Positions 33,407-45,912 are shown, counted from the whole stretch's first letter. The stretch: DNA of 55,471 bases, filler included, from Sphacelaria rigidula (GCA_964200075.2; 6 parts of 6 records of this genome joined end to end with filler, not necessarily neighbours in it), one strand, 5' to 3'. Notes: generated by a model not told the origin, from the letters alone. A program made the numbers and translations.

Positions 33407-36400
33407 GAAGATACACTATAATACGAAGGATCATTTAACAGGAAGTTCTACATATAGCCGTGACTGTCAAGTAAGAGTGATATATGAGTGCCGCACGTAG
33501 CCAGTTCTTCATTGATCATCGGTTCCTACTCACCGAGATGTGCTGTTGACACCAAGGGAGGAAACACTCGGCTTACGTCTCCACACGAGGAAGTGGACAC
33601 ACCAGCCCACGCGGCTGGTGCACTCACAGATTCATCCCATACTAATTGACGAGAAGAGTGGGCATGAAGATACACTGGTATCTCTCATGGCACTAACCTA
33701 CATGGCGTAGCAACGTTGCCGTTGAACTTAGTTCCATGTTGATACGACGAGGTTTTGTCATCTCAAACGATTTGTGTATTGTGGGGTCTGATGAGTGGCT
33801 GCCAGGGAGACAATAACGGTCTCTGATTGGATCGACGCTTGGTGGCCGCCGGCGGCGGCCGCCGCCGTCGAGGGGGCTCTTTACGAGCTGTAATGCGTAA
33901 TGACGTCGTATGACGTCATCATGACCCAACCCATCCCGGCCCAATCCTAACCCTTTAGTCGTGATCCTAACTCTCGGGCAAAGTTGGCTCCGCACAGGGG
34001 ACAGACACAGTACCCCTCGGGTGGGCCAACTTTTATGCGCGACGATTTGGGCTGATCAAGGATCCTGGACTTGAGACCAATGGTGAAACTGTACTGTTAT
34101 GGGAGTGAATGGGGCCCGATTTTGGGCACTATATATAGGTAAAATGGACCGACCGACCACTATCCACTGCAGAAAAAATGACCCGTAATCGAGCCAATCG
34201 TATCAATCACAAATACACACATCATCCCCAAATAACGACCTCGCTCATATGAAATGTAGTCTAAATTCAGTACATATTTACAAGCCTGTGAGTGGTCGGT
34301 GTCGCGGAAATGTAGTTGCTCCGGCGACTGCACTGATATTGTTGTGTGCTTGTATCGTTTAGCTCTTGCACTCGGGAAGTACACGCCCACTACATTTCAT
34401 CCCACATTCACCGTCCTTCTCAACATCAGCAGTCAAGAACACGAAAAGTGGCAGCAGTTGCGGCCGTCACCCACAACACCGAACCCACTCAACCCTTTTA
34501 CTCACATACCGCAAAAACGAAGCAGCACAGAATATTCAGACAAATAGCACAAGTGTCGAGTATCGTGGAACCAGTGATAATGATGTAGACGGTGTTGACG
34601 AAGATGAAGCGATTCACGCTGTGCTTGGGCTGCTCATTGCATACCCCGCACCTTTCTGTGATGGCGGCCTGGAGAGCAATTAGTTCATGGGCCCCATGGG
34701 CTCAGGGTCGTGGCACGAGTGGAAGGAATCACTTTTGTGTTCTCCACTCCTGAAAGCAAACCGTCAACGGCAAACTCCACCTCTGCGACACGAGACACAA
34801 GACGTCTGGAGCTATCAGTGTTGAACCGTCATGTTGCCTTTTATATCATGCCGACCACCACGGCAGCGCAAAAGGAGCGCTGCGTAATCAAGACCCCCAC
34901 ATATCCATTTCACATTACATCGGCACAGAGCAAGAGCTGGAATGCGCTTGTCGGCACAAATACCCTTGCTCATTTTTGCTTTGTAGTACATAGTCCTGAA
35001 ACCAAGCATTCGATCGAAACTGCAACTTGCCAATCGCGATGTTTACATATTGTTGTTAGTAGTGTACACAGGCGGCAGTGGCAACAAACGTCATGGCTGC
35101 TGCTATTATTCAGTGAAGTACGGTACACCGACGATGGTCAAAACCGCTTTTCACACGTGGGTTTCTGTGCTTGATCCGTCCGACGTACGCTCAGGCAACT
35201 TTCATGCGTGACCTTGCCCACTGCAATTCGAGAGGTGGCGGGTACTTGCTGTTGTAACGCGAGGTCGCTTTGCACAGCCACACAGAGGAAACCAGCACAT
35301 AGCTTGTTATCAATGTGCACAGGCAGTAGTGACAGCACATTTTCTCCAATTTGTTGGGAGAATGAATAGCTCACCTCCCACAGATAGGGGTAACTCAAAG
35401 TGAATTTAAATATCTTCGCGCGAAGCGCGATTATGGCCGAGCGTTTGAAAATTGCCATTGGGCAAAAATCGAGGACCCACCCGAAATCAGGGGAAGAACT
35501 ATCGAATGGGACATGTCCTGTACCACTGTGCTGTAGCACAAACACACTTATGCTCTGTCTTGTGTGCTGTAGGTGTCGCTGCGCTGTGGCGTCTTCAGAC
35601 CTTTGTGGAGGCGGCTTGATCTCCGCTGGGAGTGCCCGAGTTGCTTTATATTGTCATTCCGCTCGTCTCTATGAAAAATACTGTTGGCACGCAGTGCTCT
35701 CTACACACCGTTGAAACGTCCACGATGTGTTGGCTGTTTCGTCTCGAGTCAAAGGAATAAGGCGCTCCCCAAACCCATCATTTCTATACTGTAGTTCTCG
35801 CTGTGCTGTTGGGCATCTAAGCACTCTACGACGATCACGGTGCGATGTGCACTGGAGAGTGCCTGAGCAGTTGTACTGCTGCATGCCGTGTTTCGGGTTG
35901 CACAGAATTGGGGTGGGATCAAGGTGCTGTCGAAACGAAGAAAGGTCGAAACATTCGTCACGTGACGGCTGTACAGCTGTCTGTTGAGTCTTCTCTGGTA
36001 CTTCAGTTATAGTCGGGTGCTGTGATCGGGGAAGACACGCCAAGCGGGTGCGTGCAGGTTGGTACAAACAAACTGAGCCAGCACGGAGCTGCTGTATCCT
36101 CGTTTATTGCCGGTAGCAGCTGTGTGTGTCGCAGCGGCGCAATGTGTGGACCAATCAAAGCTGCTTTTTGACTCATCTCCTACTCATATCTCTCATCTGA
36201 TTGAAGGAAGGTCGCCGCATTTTGGTGTATTCAAAGACTCTGATTGGTCGAGAAACCTTGCCACTCATAAATCTTGCCCCTATCTGTGGGCCCAGTGCCA
36301 AATGAATTGCCCCTTGTACACAAGCGCATACAAGAAATAAGTACCACATGGCAGGACGGAAGATACATGCACATCTTGCCCCATGTTGCATTGTTCACAT

Positions 36401-36401
<1 letters not shown>

Positions 36402-36432
<31 letters not shown>
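36402..36432. repeat. (TTG)n microsatellite
   Basis: Direct reading. Confidence 0.95.
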
Positions 36433-36950
36433 CTTCACATTAAAAAAGAAAACGGTCCGATATCTGCCCGGTACATGCGTACTGGGCATCTGATGCGGAC
36501 GCCTTCCGTGGTCACAGGCTAGCAAAAAACCCAAAAAACCAAAATAGACCCGGGTGAAAAGTCACAAAACGCGATACATGCGAAACAGGGATAAATAGTA
36601 AAGAAGAAGAGAGTACATATGGCTAACCTCAGAAGATCCGGTGCCGCAGGTGGCCATTCGGACCTCAGGGGGTGGCACCTGGCTTTCCAACTCGACGCGC
36701 GACGCCAAGTAGGAACTAACACAGGATCTGACTACGGGCGAGACTCGAGGGCCCAAATACCGCCAACCAAAGAACTAAGAATCGCAAGGTTCCATCTTTC
36801 GGCCTCTCGAGGGACAGCCATACGTACAAGCAGACCAGGTATATCAAGACAAGCACTGCATGACGTAACGACACCCCTCATCGGGGGGGTTCACACCCCA
36901 CCCCCCCTTCTCTGGACCGTCGTTATTGCTGTGCTATTTGGGCTTCGTTG

Positions 36951-37050
36951 NNNNNNNNNNNNNNNNNNNNNNNNNNNNNNNNNNNNNNNNNNNNTTAATT
37001 AATTAANNNNNNNNNNNNNNNNNNNNNNNNNNNNNNNNNNNNNNNNNNNN
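36951..37050. other. Artificial contig spacer
   Basis: N44-TTAATTAATTAA-N44. Confidence 0.98.
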
Positions 37051-37545
37051 AGACAGATATGCCACTTCAGCCCCATATTTTGTATGAACCCCAAAATATA
37101 AAATCGGCTGTTTTGTGAAGTTGGGACACTGCGGCGTATTCGCCTCAAGAAGTACTGCACAGGTCGTTAAATCCCGTGAGGGACCCTGTGCGCTGTAAAT
37201 GACACGGTGTACAGCGATTTCGACGCGAAAAACACTGCACAGGGTGACTGAACCCTGTTAACGCGCCTCACACGTGTGTCATGTGTCCTCGTGTGACAAA
37301 ATACCCCCTACACCATCAAGAGAAAAGTGGATAATATTGGGGTAAGAATAGAACCTTCAGTAGCGTCGGTCCATCGGCGAACCGACTACTTCAGTACATA
37401 TACCTTTGGCCAGCGCGTGCAACATGTGCCCGTCGTGCCTGTATGCACGTGTCGATAGTGCACGTTAGCGCACGCCCGCATACTCCGCGTCGAACCTGAA
37501 CGTCAAAGTCATAATCGGTGGCATCATCCATCACCTGTCGGATGT

Positions 37546-40500
37546 TTAAGGGGGCAAACTAGACACTTCTAGCTCCGACTTCACGTTCGAATTCGCCTCT
37601 TTAGCATGCACATAATCGAACACCCCAAGGCAACCAGGTACCACGGCTGACGACTCAAAGGGCCATCTCGCACCCACACCGCTACCATTTCTCCAGGAGC
37701 TACTACTACCGCCCACGCTGCCCGAACCACGTGGACACGCAGCCTGCTCCTTATACTCTCTGGCCCTAGCGCCACAGGGCGCTGATAAAGGGGCAGCCGG
37801 CTCCACCTTTATTCCCGCCACTGGCCCTGCCTCTGATGACACCACAACCTCAGCCCCTGAGGGTTTTTGCGCTGAGAGTAACGGCAATGCGGTACCATCT
37901 CGTCTGGAACTGGGGCACACACCTCGGCGAGTGCCGACAACGGAACTTGAGCCAGAGCCCGAGCAAGCTACGTGTTTGCGTTCCATGCCAATCACAGCAG
38001 CAACGCTTCTTCCACCGTTCTTCGTCGGGCTACGGTCGGAGGTGGCCACCCTCGTGTTGAGTTCTGCGGTGTGGCACACAGCAGCTGTGTTGTGTGCTGT
38101 AGCATGCTGTCGGAAGAACTGTGCCTCATCAACGTTGTGCCTCTTGAGAACATCAAGCTCGAAGCATCCTTTGTTGCAAGAGTTCTCATAATCTCCATTC
38201 ACCATCCCCACCCTGCCATACTCAAGGCCAAACTCCACATTCATTGTCCCCACCAGACCATGCGATGGTTGCTTGAGACAGCCCTCGTCGCCGCACCTCT
38301 CCTCCACATTCTTCAACCCCGATCTGGAGTGCTCAAAGCAGACCTTAGCCTTCTTGCTTCCTGGTACATCAGACGACGGTTGCTCGAGCGAGCCTTCGTC
38401 GCCGCACCTCTTCTTCACCACATTTACCATTCTCGCCCTGGCGTGCTCACCGCAGGGCTCCTCCTTCCTGTTTCCTGCTAGGACATACGATGGTTGCTTG
38501 AGACAGTTCTCGTCGCCGCACCTCCTATTTGCCACAATTACCATGCCAGCGCTTGCGTGCTCAGCGCAGAACTTCGCCGTCTTGCTCCCTGCTACACCAT
38601 ACGACGGTTGCTCGAGACACCCCTCGTCGTCGCATCTCTTGTTCAACACATCCTTCGTACCCTTCCTTTCGTGCTCAGCGCAGAACTCCGCATCGTTGCT
38701 TCCTGCTACACCATACGACCGTTGCTTCAGACAGCGCTCGTCGCTGCACATCTTGTTCACGATATACACCGTTCCCCCCCTGGCGTGCTCGGGGTAGAAC
38801 TTCGCTGCTACGGCATACGACGGGCGCTTGGGATAGCTCTGGTCGCCGCACCTCTTGCTCACCACATCTATCATCCCGTCCTTGGCGTGCTGAGCGCGGA
38901 ACTTCGCCGTCTTGCCTCCTGCTACGCCGTAGGACGGTTGCTCGAGGCAGCCCTCGTCGCCGCACCTCTTCCTCACCACATTCACCATCCTCTCCCTAGC
39001 GTGCTGAGCGCAGAACTCCGCCTTCTTGCTTCCTGCTACGCCGTAGGACGGTTGCTTGAGACAGCCCTCGTCGCCGCACCTCTTCCTCACCACATTCACC
39101 ATTCCCTCCCTAGCGTGCTCGGCGCAGAATTCCGCCTTCTTTTTTCTTGCTACGCCAAACGACGGTTGCTTGGGACAGCCCTTGGCTCCGCACCTCTTGT
39201 TCAACACATCCATCATTCCCTCCCTGGCGTGCTCAGCGCAGAACTCCGCCTTCTTGCTTCCTGCAACACCGTATGACGGTCGCTTGAGACAGCCCTCGAC
39301 GTCGCATCTCTTGTGCAACAGACTCACCATTCCCTCTCTCGCGTGCTCGAAGCAAAATTCTGCCTTCTTGTTTCCTGATACGCCATATGACGGTTGCTTG
39401 AGACATCCCTCGGCTCCGCACGTCTTGTTCAACACGTTCATCATTCCCTCCCTTGCGTGCTCGGAGCAGAACTCCGCCTTGTTTCCTGGTACGCCATAGG
39501 ACGGTTGCTTGGGACATCCCTTGGCTCCGCACCTCTTGTTCACCACATCCACCATTCCCTCCCTCGCGTGCTGAGCGCAGGACTCCGCCTTCTTGCTTCC
39601 TGCTACGCCATACGACGGTTGCTTGGGACATCCCTTGGCTACGCACCTCTTGCTCAACACATCTATCAATCCCTCCCTCGCGTGCTCAGAGCAGAATTCC
39701 GCCTTCTTACTTCCTGCTACGCCGTAGGACGGTTGCTTGAGACAGCCCTCGTCGCCGCACCTCTTCCTCACCACATTCACCATTCCCTCCCTAGCGTGCT
39801 GAGCGCAGAACTCCGCCTTTATACTTCTGCTGAATGACGGTTGCTTCAGACAGCCGTCGTCGCTGCACCTCTCCTTTTCAATTACCATACCCGCTCTAGC
39901 GTGCTCGGAGTACAACTTCGCCTTGCCTACTGCTGCGCCGTACGACGGGCGCTCGAAATGGCCCTCGTCGCTGCATCTCTTCAGCACATTTACCATTCCC
40001 TCTCCCGCGTGCTCGGAACAATATTCGGTCTTCCTGCTTCCTGCAACACCATACGACTGTTGCTTGGGACAGCCCTTGTGGCCGCACCTTTTGTTCACCA
40101 CGTCTATCATCCCGTTCTTGGCATGCTGAGCGCCGAACTCCGCCTTGCTTCCTGCTACGCCATGTGACGGTTGCTTGGGACAGCCCTTGGCTCCGCACCT
40201 CTTGCTCACCACATTCACCATTTCTTCTCCGGCGTGCTTAGCGCAGAACTCCGGCTTCGTGCTTCCTGCTACACCATACGACGGTTGCTTGGGACAGCCC
40301 TTGGCTCCGCACCTCTTGTTCAACACATCCATCATTCCCTCCCTAGCGTGCTCAGAGCAGAACTCCGCCTTCTTGTTTCCTGCTATACCATATGACGGTT
40401 GCTTGGGACAGCCCTTGGCTCCGCACCTCTTGCTCACTACATTCACCATTTCTTTTCCGGCGTGCTTAGCGCAGAACTCCGCCTTCGTGCTTCCTGCTAC

Positions 40501-41583
40501 GCCATACGATGGGCGCTTGAGACATCCCTCGTCGCCGCACCTCTTGTTCACAACATCTACCATTCCCACCTTGGCGTGCTGAGCGCAGTACTCCGTCTTC
40601 TTGCTTCCTGCTACACCATATGACGGTTGCTTGGGACATCCCGTGGCTCCGCACCTCTTGTTCGCCACATTCACCATCCCGTCCCTAGCGTGCTGAGCGC
40701 AGAACTCCGCCTTCGTGCTTCCTGCTACGCCATATGACGGTTGCTTGAGACATCCCTCGTCGCCGCACCTCTTCTTCGCCAAATTTACCATTCCCTCCCT
40801 CGCGTGCTCAGCGCAGAATTCCGCCTTCTTGATTCCTGCTACGCCATATGACGGTTGCTTGAGACATCCCGTGGCTCCGCACGTCTTGTTCGCCACATTC
40901 ACCATCCCGTCCCTAGCGTGCTGGGCGCAGAACTCCGCCTTCTTGCTTCCTGCTACGCCATATGACGGTTGCTTGAGACATCCGTCGTCGCCGCACCTCT
41001 TCTTCGCCAAATTTACCATTCCCTCCCTTGCGTGCTCAGCGCAGAATTCCGCCTTCTTGATTCCTGTTAAGCCATACGACGGTTGCTTGGGACATCCCTT
41101 GGCTCCGCACGTCTTGTTCAACACATTCACCATTGCCTCCCTGGCGTGCTCAGAGCAGAACTCCGCCTTCTTGCTTCCTGCTACGCCATATGACAGTTGC
41201 TTGCGGCAGCCGTTGTCGCTGCACCTCTTCGTGTCGGAAATCGCACCCGCTCTGGCGTGCTCAGCGCACAACTCCGTCTTCTTGCTTCCTGCTACGCCAT
41301 CCGACAGTTGCTTGAGACAGCCCTCGTCGCCGCATCGCTTGTTCAGCACATCTACCATCCCCTTTCTAGCATCCTCAAAGCAAACTTCTGCCTTCCTACT
41401 TCCTGCTACACCATACGATGGTTGCTTGATACAGCCCTTGTCACCACACGTCTTCTTCACCCCATCAAGCACTCCCTCTCTGGCATGCTCAAAGCAGAAC
41501 TCCGCATCTTGCTTCCTGCTACACCATGCGATGGATCCTTGAAACAGCCCTCGCCGCCAGACTTGATCACCACATTTTACCAA
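37546..41583 (-). CDS. EsV-1-7 cysteine-rich repeat protein (IMMEDIATE UPRIGHT-related domain family), ~30 tandem repeats; true start uncertain
   Basis: 1345-codon open frame of KRCGxxGCxKQPSYGVAGSKKAEFCxxHAREGMVxVx units (C-x4-C-x16-C-x2-H, 38 aa/114 bp) followed by a ~180 aa non-repeat tail. The listed start is TTG, not ATG. A further degenerate unit with an in-frame TAG lies upstream to ~41690. Confidence 0.9.
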   Translation of the reverse strand: MVKCGDQVWRRGLFQGSIAWCSRKQDAEFCFEHAREGVLDGVKKTCGDKGCIKQPSYGVAGSRKAEVCFEDARKGMVDVLNKRCGDEGCLKQLSDGVAGSKKTELCAEHARAGAISDTKRCSDNGCRKQLSYGVAGSKKAEFCSEHAREAMVNVLNKTCGAKGCPKQPSYGLTGIKKAEFCAEHAREGMVNLAKKRCGDDGCLKQPSYGVAGSKKAEFCAQHARDGMVNVANKTCGATGCLKQPSYGVAGIKKAEFCAEHAREGMVNLAKKRCGDEGCLKQPSYGVAGSTKAEFCAQHARDGMVNVANKRCGATGCPKQPSYGVAGSKKTEYCAQHAKVGMVDVVNKRCGDEGCLKRPSYGVAGSTKAEFCAKHAGKEMVNVVSKRCGAKGCPKQPSYGIAGNKKAEFCSEHAREGMMDVLNKRCGAKGCPKQPSYGVAGSTKPEFCAKHAGEEMVNVVSKRCGAKGCPKQPSHGVAGSKAEFGAQHAKNGMIDVVNKRCGHKGCPKQQSYGVAGSRKTEYCSEHAGEGMVNVLKRCSDEGHFERPSYGAAVGKAKLYSEHARAGMVIEKERCSDDGCLKQPSFSRSIKAEFCAQHAREGMVNVVRKRCGDEGCLKQPSYGVAGSKKAEFCSEHAREGLIDVLSKRCVAKGCPKQPSYGVAGSKKAESCAQHAREGMVDVVNKRCGAKGCPKQPSYGVPGNKAEFCSEHAREGMMNVLNKTCGAEGCLKQPSYGVSGNKKAEFCFEHAREGMVSLLHKRCDVEGCLKRPSYGVAGSKKAEFCAEHAREGMMDVLNKRCGAKGCPKQPSFGVARKKKAEFCAEHAREGMVNVVRKRCGDEGCLKQPSYGVAGSKKAEFCAQHARERMVNVVRKRCGDEGCLEQPSYGVAGGKTAKFRAQHAKDGMIDVVSKRCGDQSYPKRPSYAVAAKFYPEHARGGTVYIVNKMCSDERCLKQRSYGVAGSNDAEFCAEHERKGTKDVLNKRCDDEGCLEQPSYGVAGSKTAKFCAEHASAGMVIVANRRCGDENCLKQPSYVLAGNRKEEPCGEHARARMVNVVKKRCGDEGSLEQPSSDVPGSKKAKVCFEHSRSGLKNVEERCGDEGCLKQPSHGLVGTMNVEFGLEYGRVGMVNGDYENSCNKGCFELDVLKRHNVDEAQFFRQHATAHNTAAVCHTAELNTRVATSDRSPTKNGGRSVAAVIGMERKHVACSGSGSSSVVGTRRGVCPSSRRDGTALPLLSAQKPSGAEVVVSSEAGPVAGIKVEPAAPLSAPCGARAREYKEQAACPRGSGSVGGSSSSWRNGSGVGARWPFESSAVVPGCLGVFDYVHAKEANSNVKSELEVSSLPP

Positions 41584-44500
41584 TCTCGTCCTGCTGTGCT
41601 AGGAGCAGGAGTTCGCCTTATGGGTTTTTTTACCGTAGCATGACACCTTGGAGCAGCCCTCGTTGATGCAATGTATCGTCGTGACATTGACCGTCAGCTC
41701 CCTATCCGCGCCGTCCTCCCCCGACAATCAACCTCTGCGGGCAGCACGATCGCCAAAACGTCGGAACGTTGTTCGTGAGTAACACCTGGCAACGGGGTCA
41801 TTTGACTTGTAGAAACAATAGCATTGCACTTACTGCACACAACTCTGAAGAGCACGAGAAATCTGCATCCACCTGACGACTCCATATACATTGACCTACG
41901 GCCAAAGGGTATTCGGTGGAGAAAGAACGTCCTCTACACTACGGTAGTGCGCATGAAAAACAACTATGGGATCGGTACAGTATGAACGCAATTACAGGTG
42001 CCACAGAGACATTCACTAGCCACAATTCCAATGCGAACTCGTGCTTGGTCGTAAGAACAAACTCGTGATTGATCGTAAAAGCAGGACCGGGTAGGATGAG
42101 GCATTGCATGTCACAGATATCTGGGCTTGCGTAACACCTGCCAACGCTTGCGGAGGTTGCTTTTCACGTCTGAGATACTTGACAACGTTGGGGGAAGCTG
42201 TTCTATACTCACGAACATCTGTACACGTTTGGGATAACCCTTCTGAAGTCGGAGGTACCTGGTAATTTTTCGAACTACTGATTTGCTCTGATCCCGTTCT
42301 ATGTGATGGCCGGAAATAGAATAGAGCTGCCCTGTTTCCTCGACAGCGCTTCAAGTGATCTTCGGAAGCCAGGTTTTTCAATACTCGTGTTGAACCTGAC
42401 ATGTGCACACGCGTATAGAAACATGTCTGCCGAATCTCGATGCACACGCGCGCGCACGGCGTCCCGTATCCATACGTTTCGTTTTCGAGCCAAATACGTT
42501 TGGAGAAAAACACGATGACAACGATCAGCTATCGTCCAAAACTACAGTACGTTTCTGTTTAAGTTGCCAATCGACCTAAAATGGGTGTTCATTGTTGGTG
42601 TTACTGGTTCTGTGTATGAATCCGGGTACTGCTCGTATCGTGTCTACACGATGCGCATCGTGATTCCATACTTTCGTGCGCCGGGTCGAAGTGTCAATTC
42701 AGGGAAGCGCTCAAAGTTGAGCGAAACGCAAGGTGGGGGAAGGGGCATGAACACTTTCAGGATCGTACATTTCGAACGCGGTGGTTAGCTACATCCCTGT
42801 GCACAATAGCTACGAATATTCTGCATAACATAAAAAAGAAGACGATCGTCGCTGTAGACATCGTGATTTCTAAAACGTTTCTGAAAATACCTGAGTTAAC
42901 CCGAGGATATGTCGAAAAAATATTTCGAGGCACGTAGACCCCGAGGTCGGTAATTCGAGTTTTTGAGGGGGGTGGGGAGAACACCCGGCCTGCTGTCCCC
43001 TAGTTTATTGCCGGGGCGTTGGCGGATGCGGTCAGCTGACGTGTACAGAGATCCTTGGCTTGGAGACCGCTGAGATGACGGACACACCGCCCCTCCAAGC
43101 TCATCACCCAACATGATTACATATATGGGTCTCTGTCTCGTGTCGTGTGCCTCGACTATCTACCATTAGTCCAGGCAAATTCGGCGAGGCGTGAGATAGT
43201 GTTGCTGCTTTGGCTACAGGCTGTCGCTACCGTGCGCTCGTGTATTGTACAAACATGTGTGTGAGCATTGCCGGCATTCGGGGTTATCGAGACAGGGCGG
43301 GCAAGGAGCAGAAGCAAATATACGAATCTCGCAAAGCCCGCTAGATTTTCGTTTTTTTCCGGAGTTTGTTGACCAATTTCTTTCGACAATATCATTGAAA
43401 AGTGCGAAAAATAACAAATACTCAAAAACGAGATGAAACAGCATGAAAGTTCTCGAAAAAATGCCCTGCGGGAGGGGGGGGGGGGGGAGGCTCCGTGTCT
43501 GAATCGTTCCTCTCGACAGACCCTTCGTGAACCTCAAAAATATGGAAAACGTTCGAAATCATTGCTGCAAACCGGCAGATCTTTGACAGCATTCAGGACA
43601 GTTAATCTAAGGTCAAAGATATCTGACAAAGTTGGAGGAACTGGATTCGAAGAAGCAGGTACCTGCCGATGTTCCGAAAGGTACTCCTCGCCTGATGAAA
43701 CAGCTGCACGGAATGAAAAAAGTCTTTGTGGAGCAAAGGAGGAATGCTACGCGTTTTGCACATGTAACGTCCTAGGGTGAACATCTTCTCGTATTCCTTA
43801 CGCGTGATGTGATGTGGTGGTGGCGGTTACAACGCCAGCACAGGGGCTTGATACGAAATCATGCGACCTACGCCTACACGGGATGAAGATCGGCAGTCTA
43901 AATTACGTAACTGTGACATCGTTCCAATGGTTTATCGTTGTAAGGGTCTTCTCCATTATCAAGGTTGGGCGAGACACCCATCGTCCCTGGACCACCCCTT
44001 CACCGTGCTCCCGCTGTGTCGCGTGCAAAGGTGCGTGTGCAATCAACGAGTACAGCTGCAGACGCTCATCAGTGCTCGGCATCCATCCTGAAGAATGACG
44101 AATCTCGATCCATGGTTAGTTAGAATGCCGAACTCCACCGTTTCAATTGTCTTGTGTATGCAGTTTAAAGAGGTGTATCGTTAAGGGGCGAGAAAAAAGA
44201 CAAACAGCACACCCAATACACAATGCTCGAGGATCTTGATTCGCAGCGCGGGTGTTACGAGTACGTTCAAAAGCTGAGACGCTGTGCACGCGTGAGGCAC
44301 GTGAGCAAGATACTGTAATTTGCCCAGATGCTCGCCAACGATTCTCTGCGTGGAATGACGTGGTGTGCCGTGCTGCTTCATAGTCAGCTACTGAGCGTGC
44401 GTAGTCCCCTCAGGCCTACCACATCTGGGGTTTACTGAACTAAGTCTCGAGAAGCATTGAACCCAGCAAGATTGTTTTGTGGGCACGGCATGCTCTTACC

Positions 44501-45912
44501 TGGCCATCTTTCAGCCCGAAAACAAGTCTCACATGATCATCCGTAAAAGGGAAGGCAAAAGCGAACATGTCACGTGACCATTTTCGAATACGGCACGAGC
44601 CTCAGATGGCTATCATGGACACGCTCGAGAAAGGTGGACGCCTAGGGGAGAGGAGAACCATCCCACACCCTGGGCAATAGGTGGTCAATAGTTGCAGCAG
44701 GCCATGCCTCACGCCGTACCCTTGAGTTATGTTGAAAGTTTTGACCGCCTATTGCACAGTGCGTAGACAAGACCTGACGGATGAAAAAGCACTGATCATT
44801 AATAAGCAAATATATTTCTTCCTGCAGCGTGCGAAGCAATAGCGAAAAGAAGAAACGAAGTCTGAAAGTGCGGGCATATGATACCCGAAGGGGAACGCCG
44901 AAGACGAGATGCATCGCGTTCGCCGTGCACGTACGTCGCGTGCCGACATGGAATAACATGCTTCCAAACCTCTGAATATATATATATATATATAATCCTT
45001 CCTCGTTGTTCGCCCACGATTCGTTCAGGTACGACGACTGCAAAGTACAGTTCTTGCCTGCTGACATTTAGCAATCCCCAATACGTGATATATGCTGTAG
45101 TGAAACATACAGCAAACATAAGAACCGGACGTGCAGCATGACGCTGAGACCTTGGTTTCACCAGCAGGAGCCATGTGCGGCAAGATTGCGCTCTCTGGTC
45201 ACACACAACCCCAGAAAGCTGTCGCGTGAAGATTCAATACTGCCCTTTTATCATGTGATGATATGTGCCATTTTTTCTCAGGTTTGCTCATACTCGCTGT
45301 GGACTGTACCAGTAGTTGGCTCAGACACGATATTGATCAACGGTGAGGTCGACGGCCCGGGAACCCGTGATATTCGTCATAATCGAAGAAATTACGAAAG
45401 GGTTATAACCGCAGTACAGCGCCGACCTTCATTTCTTCTTACTGCTCTGGCAGTAGAAACTCCTGTGCTGTTGTAGATCATGGCAAATGTCGCAGGTTTT
45501 CGGCTTTTATTATGCGCACGCGATCTCTTTTTCTTCAGGGTGAAATACAGCAAGTAGCGAGTGTAGCTCATTTGTGAACGCCTTTGAAATACTTTGCACA
45601 CGTGAGGGGAATATTATACGAGCCGGGCCAGCAGTAAATCCCGCACTTGCTTTCCACCCCACAACTTCCCAAGTTTTCCAAATCAGCGCGACTTGGGTAT
45701 GTAGCTGTCAAGTGCCGACCAACCTAGTAACACATGGCACCACCGCTGGATAAAGAAGCAAAATGAAGAAGAGTGTACTGCGTAATATATACGGACGAAA
45801 AAGAAAGAGAATATATCGGGATTCGGACTCATGACCCCCGTATGTGGAGTCTCCTGTATCACTTGAATGAAAAGGGGCGCGGCCGTGCCACACGAAGAAG
45901 TGCGATGCCGCT

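Noticed and set aside
37546-41583. Integrated phaeovirus (EsV-1) segment
   Set aside because: EsV-1-7 repeats are a large host gene family in brown algae, and no viral core genes or gene-dense context flank the ORF.
37836-41643. Many plus-strand and alternative-frame ORFs
   Set aside because: Antisense or out-of-frame shadows of the EsV-1-7 repeat gene.
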